64,000 nucleotides of DNA, from contig CAZNZQ010000001.1 of NCBI GenBank assembly GCA_964577675.1, forward strand, positions 5,875 to 69,874, read 5' to 3'. Shown here in pieces: positions 1-10,873 of the stretch. This DNA comes from an uncultured Candidatus Saccharibacteria bacterium. GTDB taxonomy: Bacteria > Patescibacteriota > Minisyncoccia > Phycocordibacterales > UBA5272. The first letter of the stretch is position 1. Each line of letters opens with the position of its first letter. Under the pieces are notes generated by a model. The model made no database searches. It saw only the letters and a program-made list of their open reading frames with translations, and had not been told where the DNA came from. The translations under genes were made by a program, and so were the position numbers.

Positions 1-2
1 TT

Positions 3-773
3 CCAAAAGTATTTTCTAATACCGAACTCGCCTACCGTAACGACTTAGCTGCGTGGGCTGAAAAAGCTGGCTATAAAGGCATCATCGCAGAAGGATGGGA
101 CCCAATACTTGGGTGGAGGTCATCGAATTTCGTCTACCAGCCGCACGGCACCTCAAAGATAAAACTTCTTCTTAAGAACTATCGCCTTTCAGATGACATT
201 GCTTTCCGATTCAGTAATAAAGGATGGTCAGAATGGCCACTTACGGCGGATAAGTTCGCCTCATGGGTAAATGCACTTAATGGAAACGCAGAAACTGTCA
301 ACCTCTTTATGGACTATGAGACTTTCGGAGAACATCAATGGGAGGACACCGGCATCTTTGAATTTTTAAAGCATATGCCGAAAGAAATATATAAAAACAA
401 AGATAATGGATTCCTCACACTCTCTGAAACATGTAAGCAATATAAGCCAAAAGATGTTGTCGATATGCCACATATAGTGACTTGGGCAGACACCGAGAGA
501 GACCTCTCGGCCTGGACTGGTAATCACATGCAACAATCATCTCTGGCAGAACTCTACAGAATCGAAGGGCAAATTCTGGCCACTAAAAATAAAAAACTTA
601 TTGATGATTGGCGTAAATTGCAGACATCGGATCACGTTTATTATATGTGCACGAAATGGTTCGCAGACGGCGATGTGCATAAATACTTCTCCCCTTACGA
701 ATCCCCTTATGAGGCGTATATAGCATTCACTAACGCTCTCACCGATCTCAAGCTAAGGGCAAAAATTATATAA
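3..773 (+). CDS. Glycoside hydrolase family 57 (alpha-amylase), 5'-truncated by the window edge
   Basis: Frame is open from position 3 (PKVFSNTELAY...). GH57 motifs NTEL, LSDDIAFRFS, DYETFGEHQW, LQTSDH. Confidence 0.9.
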   Translation, partial: PKVFSNTELAYRNDLAAWAEKAGYKGIIAEGWDPILGWRSSNFVYQPHGTSKIKLLLKNYRLSDDIAFRFSNKGWSEWPLTADKFASWVNALNGNAETVNLFMDYETFGEHQWEDTGIFEFLKHMPKEIYKNKDNGFLTLSETCKQYKPKDVVDMPHIVTWADTERDLSAWTGNHMQQSSLAELYRIEGQILATKNKKLIDDWRKLQTSDHVYYMCTKWFADGDVHKYFSPYESPYEAYIAFTNALTDLKLRAKII

Positions 774-776
774 ACC

Positions 777-2738
777 ATGTCTCGACCTCTCACCCTATCA
801 AACGGAAACATTTTAGTCGGACTCGATAATCGCGGTTCAGTAACCGACTTCTTTTTCCCGTTTGTTGGTGTAGAGAATCATGTACGAGGTGAACCACATC
901 GCATTGGCGTGTGGCAGCACGGGAAGACATCGTGGCTATCAGATGATGAATGGAATATAGAAATAAACCTTCGTAAAGATACGTACATAGGAGAGGTAAA
1001 ATGCTTCAACAAGAGTACAAACTTAGAAATTCTTTTTACTGACATTGTCTACAACGAAAAAAATATCTTCCTTAGAAAGGCAAAAGTGACTAATCACGGG
1101 GAATCAACTGAGGACATAAAACTATTTTTCCATCAAGTCTTTTCAATCTACGGCACTCCTCAACAAGACACTGCGTACTATGATCCAAACAAAAATGTCT
1201 TGATTCACTACGAAGGGCGCAGAATGTTTCTTATTTATGCCGAAATGAGTGATATTCCTTTTGATGAATACAGTGTTGGTCTCTATGGCATAGAAGGAAG
1301 AGAAGGCACTTATAAAGATGCAGAGGATGGGAGTCTTTCTAAAAACTCTATCGAGCATGGCCACGTTGACTCAGTGTGTGGAGTATCTCTTACCCTTCAC
1401 AAAGGAGAAACTAGGGAGGTTTTCTATTGGATAACTGTTGGGGAGACAAAAGGAGAAGTGTATGAACTTCATGACTACATACACTACAAGAGACCAGACA
1501 GCTTAATAGAAAGTACTGATAAGTTTTGGCATGCTTGGCTCACTCGTCAGGACTACATAACATGCGACGTGAAAGATGAGAGAATGCTCGACCTTTTTAA
1601 GAAGAGTCTCTTTTACATACGCGGTAACATTGATAACCGCGGGGCCATACTCGCCTCCCCTGACTCATCGATGCTACAACACGGACGAGACACCTATAGC
1701 TACATGTGGCCACGTGACGGCGCCATGACCGTAATGGCTTTGCTGGAAGTTGGTGAATACAATATCTCTAAACACTTCTTCAAGTTTTGTAACGACGTTA
1801 TTGAGCCAGATGGATACCTAATGCATAAGTATCTAGCGGACAAATCTCTAGGTAGTTCATGGCACTCTTTTGTTAAAGACGGTGGACCTATTCTTCCTAT
1901 CCAAGAGGATGAGACAGCGCTTGTGCTCGTAGCCCTTTGGCAGTACTACGAAAAAACGAAGGATATCGATTTTATCGAAATGCATTACAATGCAGTAATT
2001 CACAGAATGGCGACATTCTTAAGTGAGTTTATCGACGAGGAGACTGGACTACCTATGCCGAGTTACGATCTGTGGGAGGAGAAGCATGGCGTCTCAACAT
2101 TTACTGCAAGCACTGTATACGCAGGACTTCAAGCTGGGGTTAACTTTGCCAAACTTTTCCAGAAGGAAAGCGACGAGGTACTCTTTACTAAAAAGGCAGA
2201 CGAGGTACGAGAAGCTATCTTAACACATCTCTATGATGAGAAGCGCGGCGCTTTCATAAAACTGCTTAACAAAAAGAATGGCGGGATAATAAAGAATACT
2301 ATTATAGACATGTCGAGTGTATATGGAATTTTTGCTTATGGAGTACTTGATGTTCACGATGAGAGAGTTGTCTCTTCTATAAAGGCAATTGAGGAAAATC
2401 TACGCCTACACACTGGGATTGACGGCGTTCCTCGTTATGAAGGTGATCGCTACTACATGCAAGTAGACGGCACACCAAACCCTTGGTACATCACAACACT
2501 ATGGCTAGCTCAATACTATGCGAAAGCTGCAACCAAGTCAGAAGACCTTGAACAAGTGCGTTATTGGATCAACTGGGTCATAGTACACTCCCCGTTATCA
2601 AAAGTATTATCTGAACAGCTTCACCCTTTCACCGGAGAACAGCTCTCTGCGACACCTCTTACGTGGAGCCATGGAGAGTACGTCCGTACGATTATTGCTT
2701 ATTATGAAGCACTTAAACGTATGGGCCTCTGTGAGTAA
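777..2738 (+). CDS. Glycoside hydrolase family 15 (glucoamylase-like)
   Basis: YMWPRDG, QEDET, DLWEE, LSEQ and PLTWSH motifs. Confidence 0.9.
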   Translation: MSRPLTLSNGNILVGLDNRGSVTDFFFPFVGVENHVRGEPHRIGVWQHGKTSWLSDDEWNIEINLRKDTYIGEVKCFNKSTNLEILFTDIVYNEKNIFLRKAKVTNHGESTEDIKLFFHQVFSIYGTPQQDTAYYDPNKNVLIHYEGRRMFLIYAEMSDIPFDEYSVGLYGIEGREGTYKDAEDGSLSKNSIEHGHVDSVCGVSLTLHKGETREVFYWITVGETKGEVYELHDYIHYKRPDSLIESTDKFWHAWLTRQDYITCDVKDERMLDLFKKSLFYIRGNIDNRGAILASPDSSMLQHGRDTYSYMWPRDGAMTVMALLEVGEYNISKHFFKFCNDVIEPDGYLMHKYLADKSLGSSWHSFVKDGGPILPIQEDETALVLVALWQYYEKTKDIDFIEMHYNAVIHRMATFLSEFIDEETGLPMPSYDLWEEKHGVSTFTASTVYAGLQAGVNFAKLFQKESDEVLFTKKADEVREAILTHLYDEKRGAFIKLLNKKNGGIIKNTIIDMSSVYGIFAYGVLDVHDERVVSSIKAIEENLRLHTGIDGVPRYEGDRYYMQVDGTPNPWYITTLWLAQYYAKAATKSEDLEQVRYWINWVIVHSPLSKVLSEQLHPFTGEQLSATPLTWSHGEYVRTIIAYYEALKRMGLCE

Positions 2739-2746
2739 AAATAGCC

Positions 2747-3715
2747 ATGCACAACAACGAACAACTACATCCTCTTCTTCTCTTTAAAGACCAGTTCACA
2801 TTTGAACCGAAGCTTCGTAACGCTGAGGCATTAAAGGCACACCAGAGCTACCTCGTCTGTGGAATGGGTGGTTCTGCTATCTCTGTGCATTTTTTGAAAA
2901 TGCTCTTCCCTATGATCCCACTTTCACTTCATAATTCTTATGGCTTACCAAAAAGTATAAAGCCTGGGACTTTAGTAATAGTGAACTCATATTCTGGAAA
3001 CACAGAAGAAGGGCTCGATAGTTATACAAAAGCCTTAAAGAGTGGATACTCTGTGGTAGCTATCAGCAAAGGAGGTGAGCTTATCCGACTTGCTAAAGAG
3101 GTTGGACACCCTTATATAGAACTCCCAGAATCAGAACTTGAACCACGGTTTGCTATAGGACATCAAATGATAGCAATCCTAACCTGTATCTTAGAAAAAA
3201 GGTATCTCAGGCTGTTGCGAGACGCAGCCACAAAAATAGAACAGCGAAAATGCCTAGATGTCGGGTCAGTCTTAGCATCTCGCTTTTCTGAGAGATACCC
3301 AGTACTCTACTCTTCATCTCTGCTTGGTCCGCTCAGCTATACGATCAAAGCTGCAGTTAATGAAGGCGCCAAGCTCCCCTGCTTTACAAATATCATCCCC
3401 GAAGCGAATCATAACGAGTTACAGGGTTTTGTAGTGGACGACACCAGAAATGAGAGCAAAGTGTTTGGTTTCCTCTTTTTTGTATCTACGTTCGATAACG
3501 AAAGGATAAAAAAGAGAATGAACGCCATGAGAGAGCTTTACTCTTCAAAAGGTTTTACATGTGAAGAAATACTAGTTGACCACTCTTCTCCTTCTTCCCT
3601 GTTAGAGGTTCTGTTCTTGGGGTACGCGTTTGCCACGTCTCTCGCCATTAATAGAAATGTTCATCCGTATACAACCCCTTTTATACAAGAGTTTAAAAAA
3701 ATAATGAACACATAG
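2747..3715 (+). CDS. Bifunctional phosphoglucose/phosphomannose isomerase (SIS domains)
   Basis: GMGGSA, SYSGNTEE, PEANHNE motifs. Confidence 0.88.
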   Translation: MHNNEQLHPLLLFKDQFTFEPKLRNAEALKAHQSYLVCGMGGSAISVHFLKMLFPMIPLSLHNSYGLPKSIKPGTLVIVNSYSGNTEEGLDSYTKALKSGYSVVAISKGGELIRLAKEVGHPYIELPESELEPRFAIGHQMIAILTCILEKRYLRLLRDAATKIEQRKCLDVGSVLASRFSERYPVLYSSSLLGPLSYTIKAAVNEGAKLPCFTNIIPEANHNELQGFVVDDTRNESKVFGFLFFVSTFDNERIKKRMNAMRELYSSKGFTCEEILVDHSSPSSLLEVLFLGYAFATSLAINRNVHPYTTPFIQEFKKIMNT

Positions 3716-3719
3716 CACT

Positions 3720-4541
3720 ATGTATATACTCATCGATATCGGAGGAACAAAAACACGTGTCGCTTCTACACGGACAGGAGAGAACTTTGGCGAGCCTGAT
3801 GTTTTTAAAACACCTCAAGACTTTAGCGAGTGGCTTGCTCACCTCCATAAAAGCAGTGAGAACCTACGTAATGACAAAAGTCTTGCTGGGATTATTGTAG
3901 GATTACCAGGAACTTTTACGACAGAAGGGGTTATCCTCCGGACCCCCAATCTGCCACACTGGCAAGGAATTCCACTCAAAGAACATTTAGATAAACTCTT
4001 TAGAGCAACTACTGTTATTCATAATGACACCGCTCTTGTCGGACTAGGAGAGGCTGTTTATGGTGCAGGGAAAGGTCACAGCATCAACGCTTATATCACG
4101 ATTAGTACTGGGGTTAATGGCGTGCGTATTATAGACGGCAAGATTGATAGAGGTGTGCATGGTTTTGAGATTGGTCACAGCATCATCGACGTCGAACAAG
4201 GAAGAGACGTGGAGAGTATTATTGGGGGAGGTGCTCTTGAACGACGTTTTGGTAAGCCGTCGCACGAAGTGCAGGATGTTACACTCTGGGAAAAGATAAG
4301 CCGTTACGCAGGGGTATTCTGCGCGAATACGACGATGTACTGGTCCCCGTCCGCGATTATAATTGGCGGACCTGTGATGAACGATCTTCATATAGACATA
4401 ATTGAAAAGGAGGCAAAGAGACATCTCTATATGTACAACGACTACCCCGTATTTGCGCGTGGCACTCTTAAAGATTTCGGTGGACTATACGGCGCTTTAG
4501 TTATCAGTAAAGAGTTGATGACTGTTAACAATTCTGAATAA
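3720..4541 (+). CDS. ROK-family sugar kinase (glucokinase-like)
   Basis: IDIGGTK, NDT, STGVNG, EIGH motifs. Confidence 0.88.
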   Translation: MYILIDIGGTKTRVASTRTGENFGEPDVFKTPQDFSEWLAHLHKSSENLRNDKSLAGIIVGLPGTFTTEGVILRTPNLPHWQGIPLKEHLDKLFRATTVIHNDTALVGLGEAVYGAGKGHSINAYITISTGVNGVRIIDGKIDRGVHGFEIGHSIIDVEQGRDVESIIGGGALERRFGKPSHEVQDVTLWEKISRYAGVFCANTTMYWSPSAIIIGGPVMNDLHIDIIEKEAKRHLYMYNDYPVFARGTLKDFGGLYGALVISKELMTVNNSE

Positions 4542-4545
4542 GAAA

Positions 4546-4577
4546 AACAAAAACAGATGCAGGCATCTGTTTTTGTT
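4546..4577. terminator. Bidirectional intrinsic terminator
   Basis: Inverted repeat aacaaaaacagatgc-ag-gcatctgtttttgtt between convergent genes. Confidence 0.8.
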
Positions 4578-4587
4578 GTAAATATCT

Positions 4588-6255
4588 TTACTTCTTATCT
4601 ACGTGACTCCAAGCAAAATCTCTATCTCCGTGCACCTTCTTCCCTGGGTTGAGGATTCCATCTGGATCAAAAATAGCTTTTGTCTTCTCGAAAAGCTGGA
4701 TGACTTCTGGTGAGAACATTTTAGGTAGATATGATGTTCGTAACAACCCGTCATTGTGCTCTCCAGACATTGAGCCTCTGTACTCAAAAATGAGTGCATA
4801 TACCTCATCCATGAGCTGATGCAAGGCTTCTACTATCCCCTCTTTGTGAATATCAACGAGTGGAATAATATGAAAGTTAGCATCTCCCATGTGACCCGCT
4901 ACTGTATAAATAAGATCTTTGTACTCAGGTTTAGAAAAGATTGCCTCTAATCTTGGAAGAAACTCTGGGAGGTCGCTTGGGTGTACAACAATATCGTCTA
5001 TGGTCGGCGCTGTGCGGAACCCCTGCATGCGTGACCGGAGGAGCGCGAAGCTCTCTCTTCTGAATGTCCAATACTTCTTGGCTTGCTTCTCACTGGTTGT
5101 CTTTTTCATCGGAAGATGAAACTGCTTCATATCTTCATACGCCTTGGTGACTTTTTCATCTACCTCCTCTTCTGTATCTCCGGTGAATTCTGCCATAAGA
5201 ATAATTTTAGGCACCCCACCGGTGAGTACCATTATAAACTCTGGCAAGAACTGAAGTCCGAGGGTGAGCATATTCCCTCCCATGCGAAGAGCGATGTCTT
5301 TGAAGAACTTCATCGCTATCTTAAACGTATGGTCATCGTATGACTCCATTGTCTCTGGTTTATGTTCAAGTAACTTTACTATTATCTCCCCTAAGTGGAC
5401 GGTTGATGGTACGAACATCACCATCATTCTTGAGTGAAGTTTTGGCTTAACCCCCGTAAAGGTAACCGAAGAAACTGCAGCAAGTGTCCCTTGGCTTCCA
5501 GCAATCAGTTTAGAGAGATCGAACACACCAGTTTCTTTATCATAAACATTCCATAGGTAGTACCCGGAGGAATTCTTGGAGACAGTTGGTTTCTCTTTCA
5601 TTATTGTCTCGTAATTAGAGGTAATGAGATCGTACATCTCTTTGTGGATTCTTCCGCCTTCACTCTTTTCTGTCATTTTCTGCGCCAGTTCATCTTCACT
5701 AAAAGCATGAAGTACATCTCTTGCACCACTCGCATAAACAACATCTAGGGCTTGTATGTACTTTTCTGTCTTACCGTAGGTAAGTGTCTTTTCACCCCCA
5801 GAGTTATTGGAAACTATCCCTCCAATGGCTGCGAGCTCACGAGAGGCTGGGTAGCTCGGCATAAGCCAACCTTCTTTTAGTGTCTGCTTTTCAAAGTCGC
5901 GGTAGTAAACACCGGGCTCCGCGGAAGCGTAATCAGGTGTCACCTCAGTGACGTGATTCATATGGCGGGTCGTGTCTACCACGATTGAGGTCGAGAGAGG
6001 TCCTCCCGTCATACATGTTCCAGCAGCACGAAATGCCACACTAACATCTAATCCTTCTTTCTTTTTCTTAGTCACAAAGTCAAGAAGAATACTTATATCT
6101 TGGGCGTCTTTCGGATAAATAACCATCTCTGGTTTAACATAAAAGATGCTTGTGTCTCGTGCAACATGTTCTCTGTCAACATCAAGAAGCGATCCGTCTC
6201 CTTTAATAAGTACTGATAATTCTTTTGCTAATTCTTCGTAGTTGGGAGTTGTCAT
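4588..6255 (-). CDS. FAD-binding oxidoreductase (GlcD / D-lactate dehydrogenase-like)
   Basis: AAGTCMTG, GSQGTL, GHMGDANFH, GEHNDG, FDPDGILNPGK. Start placed at MTTPNYE, behind TGcTACACT. Confidence 0.85.
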   Translation of the reverse strand: MTTPNYEELAKELSVLIKGDGSLLDVDREHVARDTSIFYVKPEMVIYPKDAQDISILLDFVTKKKKEGLDVSVAFRAAGTCMTGGPLSTSIVVDTTRHMNHVTEVTPDYASAEPGVYYRDFEKQTLKEGWLMPSYPASRELAAIGGIVSNNSGGEKTLTYGKTEKYIQALDVVYASGARDVLHAFSEDELAQKMTEKSEGGRIHKEMYDLITSNYETIMKEKPTVSKNSSGYYLWNVYDKETGVFDLSKLIAGSQGTLAAVSSVTFTGVKPKLHSRMMVMFVPSTVHLGEIIVKLLEHKPETMESYDDHTFKIAMKFFKDIALRMGGNMLTLGLQFLPEFIMVLTGGVPKIILMAEFTGDTEEEVDEKVTKAYEDMKQFHLPMKKTTSEKQAKKYWTFRRESFALLRSRMQGFRTAPTIDDIVVHPSDLPEFLPRLEAIFSKPEYKDLIYTVAGHMGDANFHIIPLVDIHKEGIVEALHQLMDEVYALIFEYRGSMSGEHNDGLLRTSYLPKMFSPEVIQLFEKTKAIFDPDGILNPGKKVHGDRDFAWSHVDKK

Positions 6256-6308
6256 ATAGTACCTTAGAGTGTAGCACATACCTGGAACCAGTTCGGCCGT
6301 GCTGATTA

Positions 6309-8015
6309 CTATGCCGCTGCTTCTAGTTTCTTCTCTATCTCTTGTTCTATTATCTCCAGTCTTTTCTTAAATTTTTTGAGAATAGCCTGTTCTTCTTTTG
6401 TTAACTCTCTTTTACGTTCCGCTTTAACAAGGACATCGTGGAACTCTTCGACATCACGTCTTAGTGCAGCCACGTTAACCTCAAGAGTGTTCTCCACTTC
6501 TTTCAACTTTCTACGGACACCTCTTCTAAAACGATTAAATTGCACGAACGAATACCAGAGCGTCCCTAGTACAGCAAGGACAGCAATAATAATAATCAAG
6601 ATAACTGAGAGCCAGTTCATAACAAAGATACCGAAACGCACGAGCATCATTCTTTCTATTTCTATAACCCTAGTATCTGTATACTCACTTACTGCCCCAC
6701 GACTATCCAGAACCCTTGCTTTCATTTCATAAACACCAGAGGTTAGTTTGTCTCCCCACACCAAACTAAAAACACCTGACTCGTTAGATACTGCTTCTTT
6801 AGTAAACGTCTTACTATTCTTGTCTGTAAGCACCACCTCAACTGTTGACTGCGGGTATGTCGCCCCTACTATTTTAAACGTATTATCAAACTCAACTTTT
6901 CTTGTGTACTCGGTTATAACAGGAGGGGTGATGGCTTGTACTGTATAGTCTAACGAGACACTGCTACTGTTTCCTGCACCATCAATTGCGTTTACTATAA
7001 CTGTATGGTTGCCCGGGGTTTGTTTTGGAAGACGGTATAAGTTCGTAGCATCAATAGGATATTCTATCGCCTGCCCATTATCTATACTTACTGTGATTTT
7101 ACTAATCCCTGACCTAGCATCTTCTGCTTGCACCAAAAGATTTGGGGTTAAGTTGGTGGTGACACTTCCATCAGGGAAAGAAGCTTTTAAGGACTCTGGC
7201 GCTTGTGAGTCTATTTGAAACTTATACGTTGTTACAGAACCCCATCCGCTCCTGGTCTTAAACTGTACATGCATGTAGAAAACACCATCCTCATCTACGG
7301 TAAAAGAACGATTTGAGACTGGAGGGTCGTACACCTTGGTCGGCGTTTCTTTTTCATTCTCTCCATACAAAGTTCTTACCGCGGTGACACCATCAGGTAT
7401 CTTCCATTCAAATGTCGCGTCTCTTCTTGAATACCATTTGGTGCTGTCTTCGTGGGTGGGAGAGGTTATGACCGGCACGAAAGACTCTGTCTTAACTTCT
7501 GGAGCCTCGACTTCGTTAATATAAATAAGCGCAGCCCCTGTTGTCTTTAAAACATCAGTAGCGTTACCATCATTTGCAAGCACCGAACCTTCCTTAATCG
7601 ATAAGGTTACGTTCCCAGCCTGTTTTGCCTTAAACGTTACAGAAAGCACGTTACCCGTTGCTTTATTGAAACCTGGGTTAAGAGCGACCCCCTCTAATGA
7701 AACAGTTCCTTTATCGTTGGAGAAATTAGGCTCTTCTGCCCAGAGGGTTATAAAAGAGCTAGTCTTAGACGTGGAAGTTACCTCTAGTGCATCTTTTGGA
7801 AATGAGAGCAGCGCGGAGACAGCGTTAATAGCGTCGAGATTATTATTAACAATAATATCAACCTTAAATGTCTTCCCTACCGTTGTGGTAACTGAAGAAG
7901 GAGAAAGTACCAGGTTGGCAGCGAAAGCTCCATTTACTAAAAAAGTAAACGCACTAAAAAATATGAGAGTATTACGAATTTTTCTTAAAGTGCTTTTTTG
8001 AAAAAAAGTGAACAT
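6309..8015 (-). CDS. Cohesin-like plus Ig-like domain surface protein with C-terminal TM and coiled-coil tail
   Basis: Signal peptide; LSPSSVTTTVGKTFKVDI...NAVSALLSFP cohesin-like start; Ig-like ITSPTH...WY and DGAGN segments; TM helix near the C-terminus. Confidence 0.7.
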   Translation of the reverse strand: MFTFFQKSTLRKIRNTLIFFSAFTFLVNGAFAANLVLSPSSVTTTVGKTFKVDIIVNNNLDAINAVSALLSFPKDALEVTSTSKTSSFITLWAEEPNFSNDKGTVSLEGVALNPGFNKATGNVLSVTFKAKQAGNVTLSIKEGSVLANDGNATDVLKTTGAALIYINEVEAPEVKTESFVPVITSPTHEDSTKWYSRRDATFEWKIPDGVTAVRTLYGENEKETPTKVYDPPVSNRSFTVDEDGVFYMHVQFKTRSGWGSVTTYKFQIDSQAPESLKASFPDGSVTTNLTPNLLVQAEDARSGISKITVSIDNGQAIEYPIDATNLYRLPKQTPGNHTVIVNAIDGAGNSSSVSLDYTVQAITPPVITEYTRKVEFDNTFKIVGATYPQSTVEVVLTDKNSKTFTKEAVSNESGVFSLVWGDKLTSGVYEMKARVLDSRGAVSEYTDTRVIEIERMMLVRFGIFVMNWLSVILIIIIAVLAVLGTLWYSFVQFNRFRRGVRRKLKEVENTLEVNVAALRRDVEEFHDVLVKAERKRELTKEEQAILKKFKKRLEIIEQEIEKKLEAAA

Positions 8016-8955
8016 GGTTGTGAAGATACACAGAGAAGATATACAACAAACAAAGAAGTAGTACACCCTTAAGTATACGCGAGATTGTGTTGCTTAATTG
8101 TAAGTTTTCAACAGGAGCAATTGTTTTGAAAGCGTATGCGCCATTTGAGTACTCAACCTTCACCTGTGTAAACTTACTTCTATCTTGGTGGAACAAAATA
8201 TACGGTGTCGTTATTTTTTTCCAACGCCTGTCATCCTTATCAGTCACACTTGCTTCAGATGTTTCGATGAGGAAGATATTCTCTATGGCACTCTTAGGTT
8301 CGCCATCATATATTGTGAGGTACCATGCCCCCATATGAATAAGGTCACTCTTTTCAATTGAAGCCTTAAGACTATCTGGCTGTACTTGTTTCACCACCTT
8401 GCCAGGAAGGATAGCGTTCGAAATAAGGCTCGGTACAGATATACTTACATATTGAGGGGTAACAGGGAAAGGGGTAGCTCGCTCATCAAATGAATTAAGA
8501 GAGATATTATCTAAAGAGATGATGCCAATACCTTGTTGGATAGGAAGTAAGATAGCAGTGAAGATGGTTCCCGTGTTTTCTCCAGAATGGTATGCGCTCT
8601 TTACTCCACCGAAACCTCCAGCAAAAATACCCTCAAAGGTAATATGCTCCTTCCCGTCTAGGTATTCTCCTTGCCTCACATTTGGATAAATAAGCCAAGG
8701 AGAAACAACAGACTCATCGACAGAGATTGAGTGCAGTTTAAAAAGCTCTTTCGGGTAAGAGAGTTCTCCTGATATACCGCTCACAATGCCCCCCTCTGGG
8801 TCGAGCATCACTCGGACCATCACCGGGTCACTAGTATTACTAGCCCGCTCAGGCGCGACTATTTCTAGTCTTGCAGCAGAAACAGACATGCATGGCGTCA
8901 ACATGATCCAAATTGCTATGATGCTATTTCTCATATAGTTTCTTTTCATGTTCAT
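7972..8955 (-). CDS. Divergent cohesin-like membrane-anchored protein
   Basis: Signal peptide, SGISGELSYPKELF...SVVSPWLIYP cohesin-like pattern, C-terminal TM. Confidence 0.55.
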   Translation of the reverse strand: MNMKRNYMRNSIIAIWIMLTPCMSVSAARLEIVAPERASNTSDPVMVRVMLDPEGGIVSGISGELSYPKELFKLHSISVDESVVSPWLIYPNVRQGEYLDGKEHITFEGIFAGGFGGVKSAYHSGENTGTIFTAILLPIQQGIGIISLDNISLNSFDERATPFPVTPQYVSISVPSLISNAILPGKVVKQVQPDSLKASIEKSDLIHMGAWYLTIYDGEPKSAIENIFLIETSEASVTDKDDRRWKKITTPYILFHQDRSKFTQVKVEYSNGAYAFKTIAPVENLQLSNTISRILKGVLLLCLLYIFSVYLHNHVHFFSKKHFKKNS

Positions 8956-8956
8956 T

Positions 8957-9916
8957 TTATCCCGTCCAACAATAAGCGAGAATGCTCAAGTCAGTCAAGT
9001 TTATTTGCCCGTCGACACTAAGATCTACCTTCGCAGGAAATCCGGTGCGCTTATACCAAAAGGCCATAATACTAAAGTCTAGCAGGTTAACCCTGTTGTC
9101 ATTATTTAAATCACACCTCCTGCGGAACCCGCTCAGTTCTGAAAGTTTTGCTCTTAGACGATTAGCATCACCAATCCTAAAATCTATTTCTTGAGAGTAT
9201 GCAGATAGATCATCTACAGTTATAGATCTTGCCTTGGCATAGTGATCTCCAAGCCCTCCTTCCTTTGAGTCAAATACGTACACCCATTTCCCTTCTGCAT
9301 TAGCTCTTACCTGCTTCAGCATCTCCTGTTCAAGCCCGAGCAAAAGACGGACTTCTGCCAAAGGAGCAGAACGTCCAGTAAATGTAACAGGGTCGCCGTA
9401 CTTTACTTCTATCTTATCTGATGTAATCGTAGGCGAAACAAAAATACCATCTATTACAGTCACGACACCATCTGTCACATAAACGCTAAACGTAAGGAGC
9501 TTAGAAGTGAGCCTTTCTACATCCTCTGCCCTAATACCGAAACTATACGTTCCTTGTGTTAAATTGCCAAGACGTATCTCAAATGTCCCGTTCGGAGCAG
9601 CTGGTGATTCTGCGACAATTGAGCCATTTTTTAGAAGAGAGACAACACTACCCGGGTACGCAACACCTCTAAAAATTGCAGCGTCTTTGGTAGTTACTAG
9701 ATTGAGAGGCCCAGGTGCGGGCGGAATCGGGGGGGTGTCTGGGTAGACCAAAGGTGACTGAGGCACAACCGCAGTCACCGTTATGTCTACATACAAAGGA
9801 TTCTGTGTCTGAGCAAAAACCACATCTCTAGCACCTAACAAAAGCACTATTACTGTTAGCGAAGAAAGTGCAGTTCTTATTGCTTTGCTGCAGCGCGAGC
9901 TTGCTCTATGATCCAT
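8957..9916 (-). CDS. Secreted Ig-like protein with C-terminal dockerin-like double EF-hand
   Basis: DLNNDNRVNLLDFSI and DLSVDGQINLTDLSI repeats at the C-terminus. Start uncertain. Confidence 0.75.
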   Translation of the reverse strand: MDHRASSRCSKAIRTALSSLTVIVLLLGARDVVFAQTQNPLYVDITVTAVVPQSPLVYPDTPPIPPAPGPLNLVTTKDAAIFRGVAYPGSVVSLLKNGSIVAESPAAPNGTFEIRLGNLTQGTYSFGIRAEDVERLTSKLLTFSVYVTDGVVTVIDGIFVSPTITSDKIEVKYGDPVTFTGRSAPLAEVRLLLGLEQEMLKQVRANAEGKWVYVFDSKEGGLGDHYAKARSITVDDLSAYSQEIDFRIGDANRLRAKLSELSGFRRRCDLNNDNRVNLLDFSIMAFWYKRTGFPAKVDLSVDGQINLTDLSILAYCWTG

Positions 9917-10854
9917 TTGTTGTACTTCTTAACTAAGATGATAAGAAGAAGAATAACTATGAGCAAAATACCAATGACAACTGATAGGAGCTGCCAAGGA
10001 AACATAAAATACGTGACAGAGGCTCCTGCCTTTCCCTCTGCACCAAAAGATAGTTCAAGGTCTGCGGTATACATACCAACGGCTAAGTTACTCATTTGAT
10101 ATTTAACATGATCAAAGAAAGGCGCAGAAACCGCAGGGGCTTCTCCTTCACCATAACGAACATCGAAACGTCTCACACTGCCAGGAAGTACGTTACCTTC
10201 ATTCTGGTTTGCATTAATGCGTGCAGTTTCCATCCCGATACTGTTGCGAATGACAATATCTCCAGCTGGCTTAACACGATCATTACCTGCGTTATTAAAA
10301 CGATAAACGAAATCTACCGGAATACTGCTGAGAACTTTTTTATCTTCTTTGATTGTAAATGAGGAGAGCCCTCCTTCTTCTTTTATGTCACCTGTAACCT
10401 TGAGCAGTATAAGCATTCCAACCTTTGCTCCAACAGAAACCTGACCTCCGTCAGCGCTTGGTGGCACTGTAGAGAGGAAAACTGCAGCAAAGTGTCCACC
10501 AGCGTCAGCGTCTTGAGGGATAGTAACTGTATATGGAATAGTTATTCTCTCCCCTTTCTTAATAGTTACTTTGTCCGTAATAGTTATCCAAGAAGGCAGA
10601 CCGTCTGTTCCTGGTGTAAAGTTAGGTGTACCACTTTCACCTTGTGAGTCGAATGCTTCAACTGAGGTATACAGCACCTGGTCAGTATCTTGTTCATTAA
10701 TAACCAAGAAAGTTTTAGCTATTGACTCCCCCCTATCCCCGGTGAGCTCTTCTCTGGCCGGTGAAATAGTGAGCGCTGTAGCGACACCTAGAGAAAGTGC
10801 TAGCTGTAATGCTACTAGCCCTAGAATTTTTTTCGTGAAGTGATTAGATGACAT
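9877..10854 (-). CDS. DUF916/DUF3324-like (WxL-interacting or chaperone-like) membrane-anchored protein
   Basis: ALTISPAREEL, IPQDADAGGHFAAV, FNNAGNDRVKP, VLPGSVR, PW plus C-terminal TM with basic tail. Confidence 0.7.
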   Translation of the reverse strand: MSSNHFTKKILGLVALQLALSLGVATALTISPAREELTGDRGESIAKTFLVINEQDTDQVLYTSVEAFDSQGESGTPNFTPGTDGLPSWITITDKVTIKKGERITIPYTVTIPQDADAGGHFAAVFLSTVPPSADGGQVSVGAKVGMLILLKVTGDIKEEGGLSSFTIKEDKKVLSSIPVDFVYRFNNAGNDRVKPAGDIVIRNSIGMETARINANQNEGNVLPGSVRRFDVRYGEGEAPAVSAPFFDHVKYQMSNLAVGMYTADLELSFGAEGKAGASVTYFMFPWQLLSVVIGILLIVILLLIILVKKYNKWIIEQARAAAKQ

Positions 10855-10873
10855 TGGAGATTAGTTTAGATTT

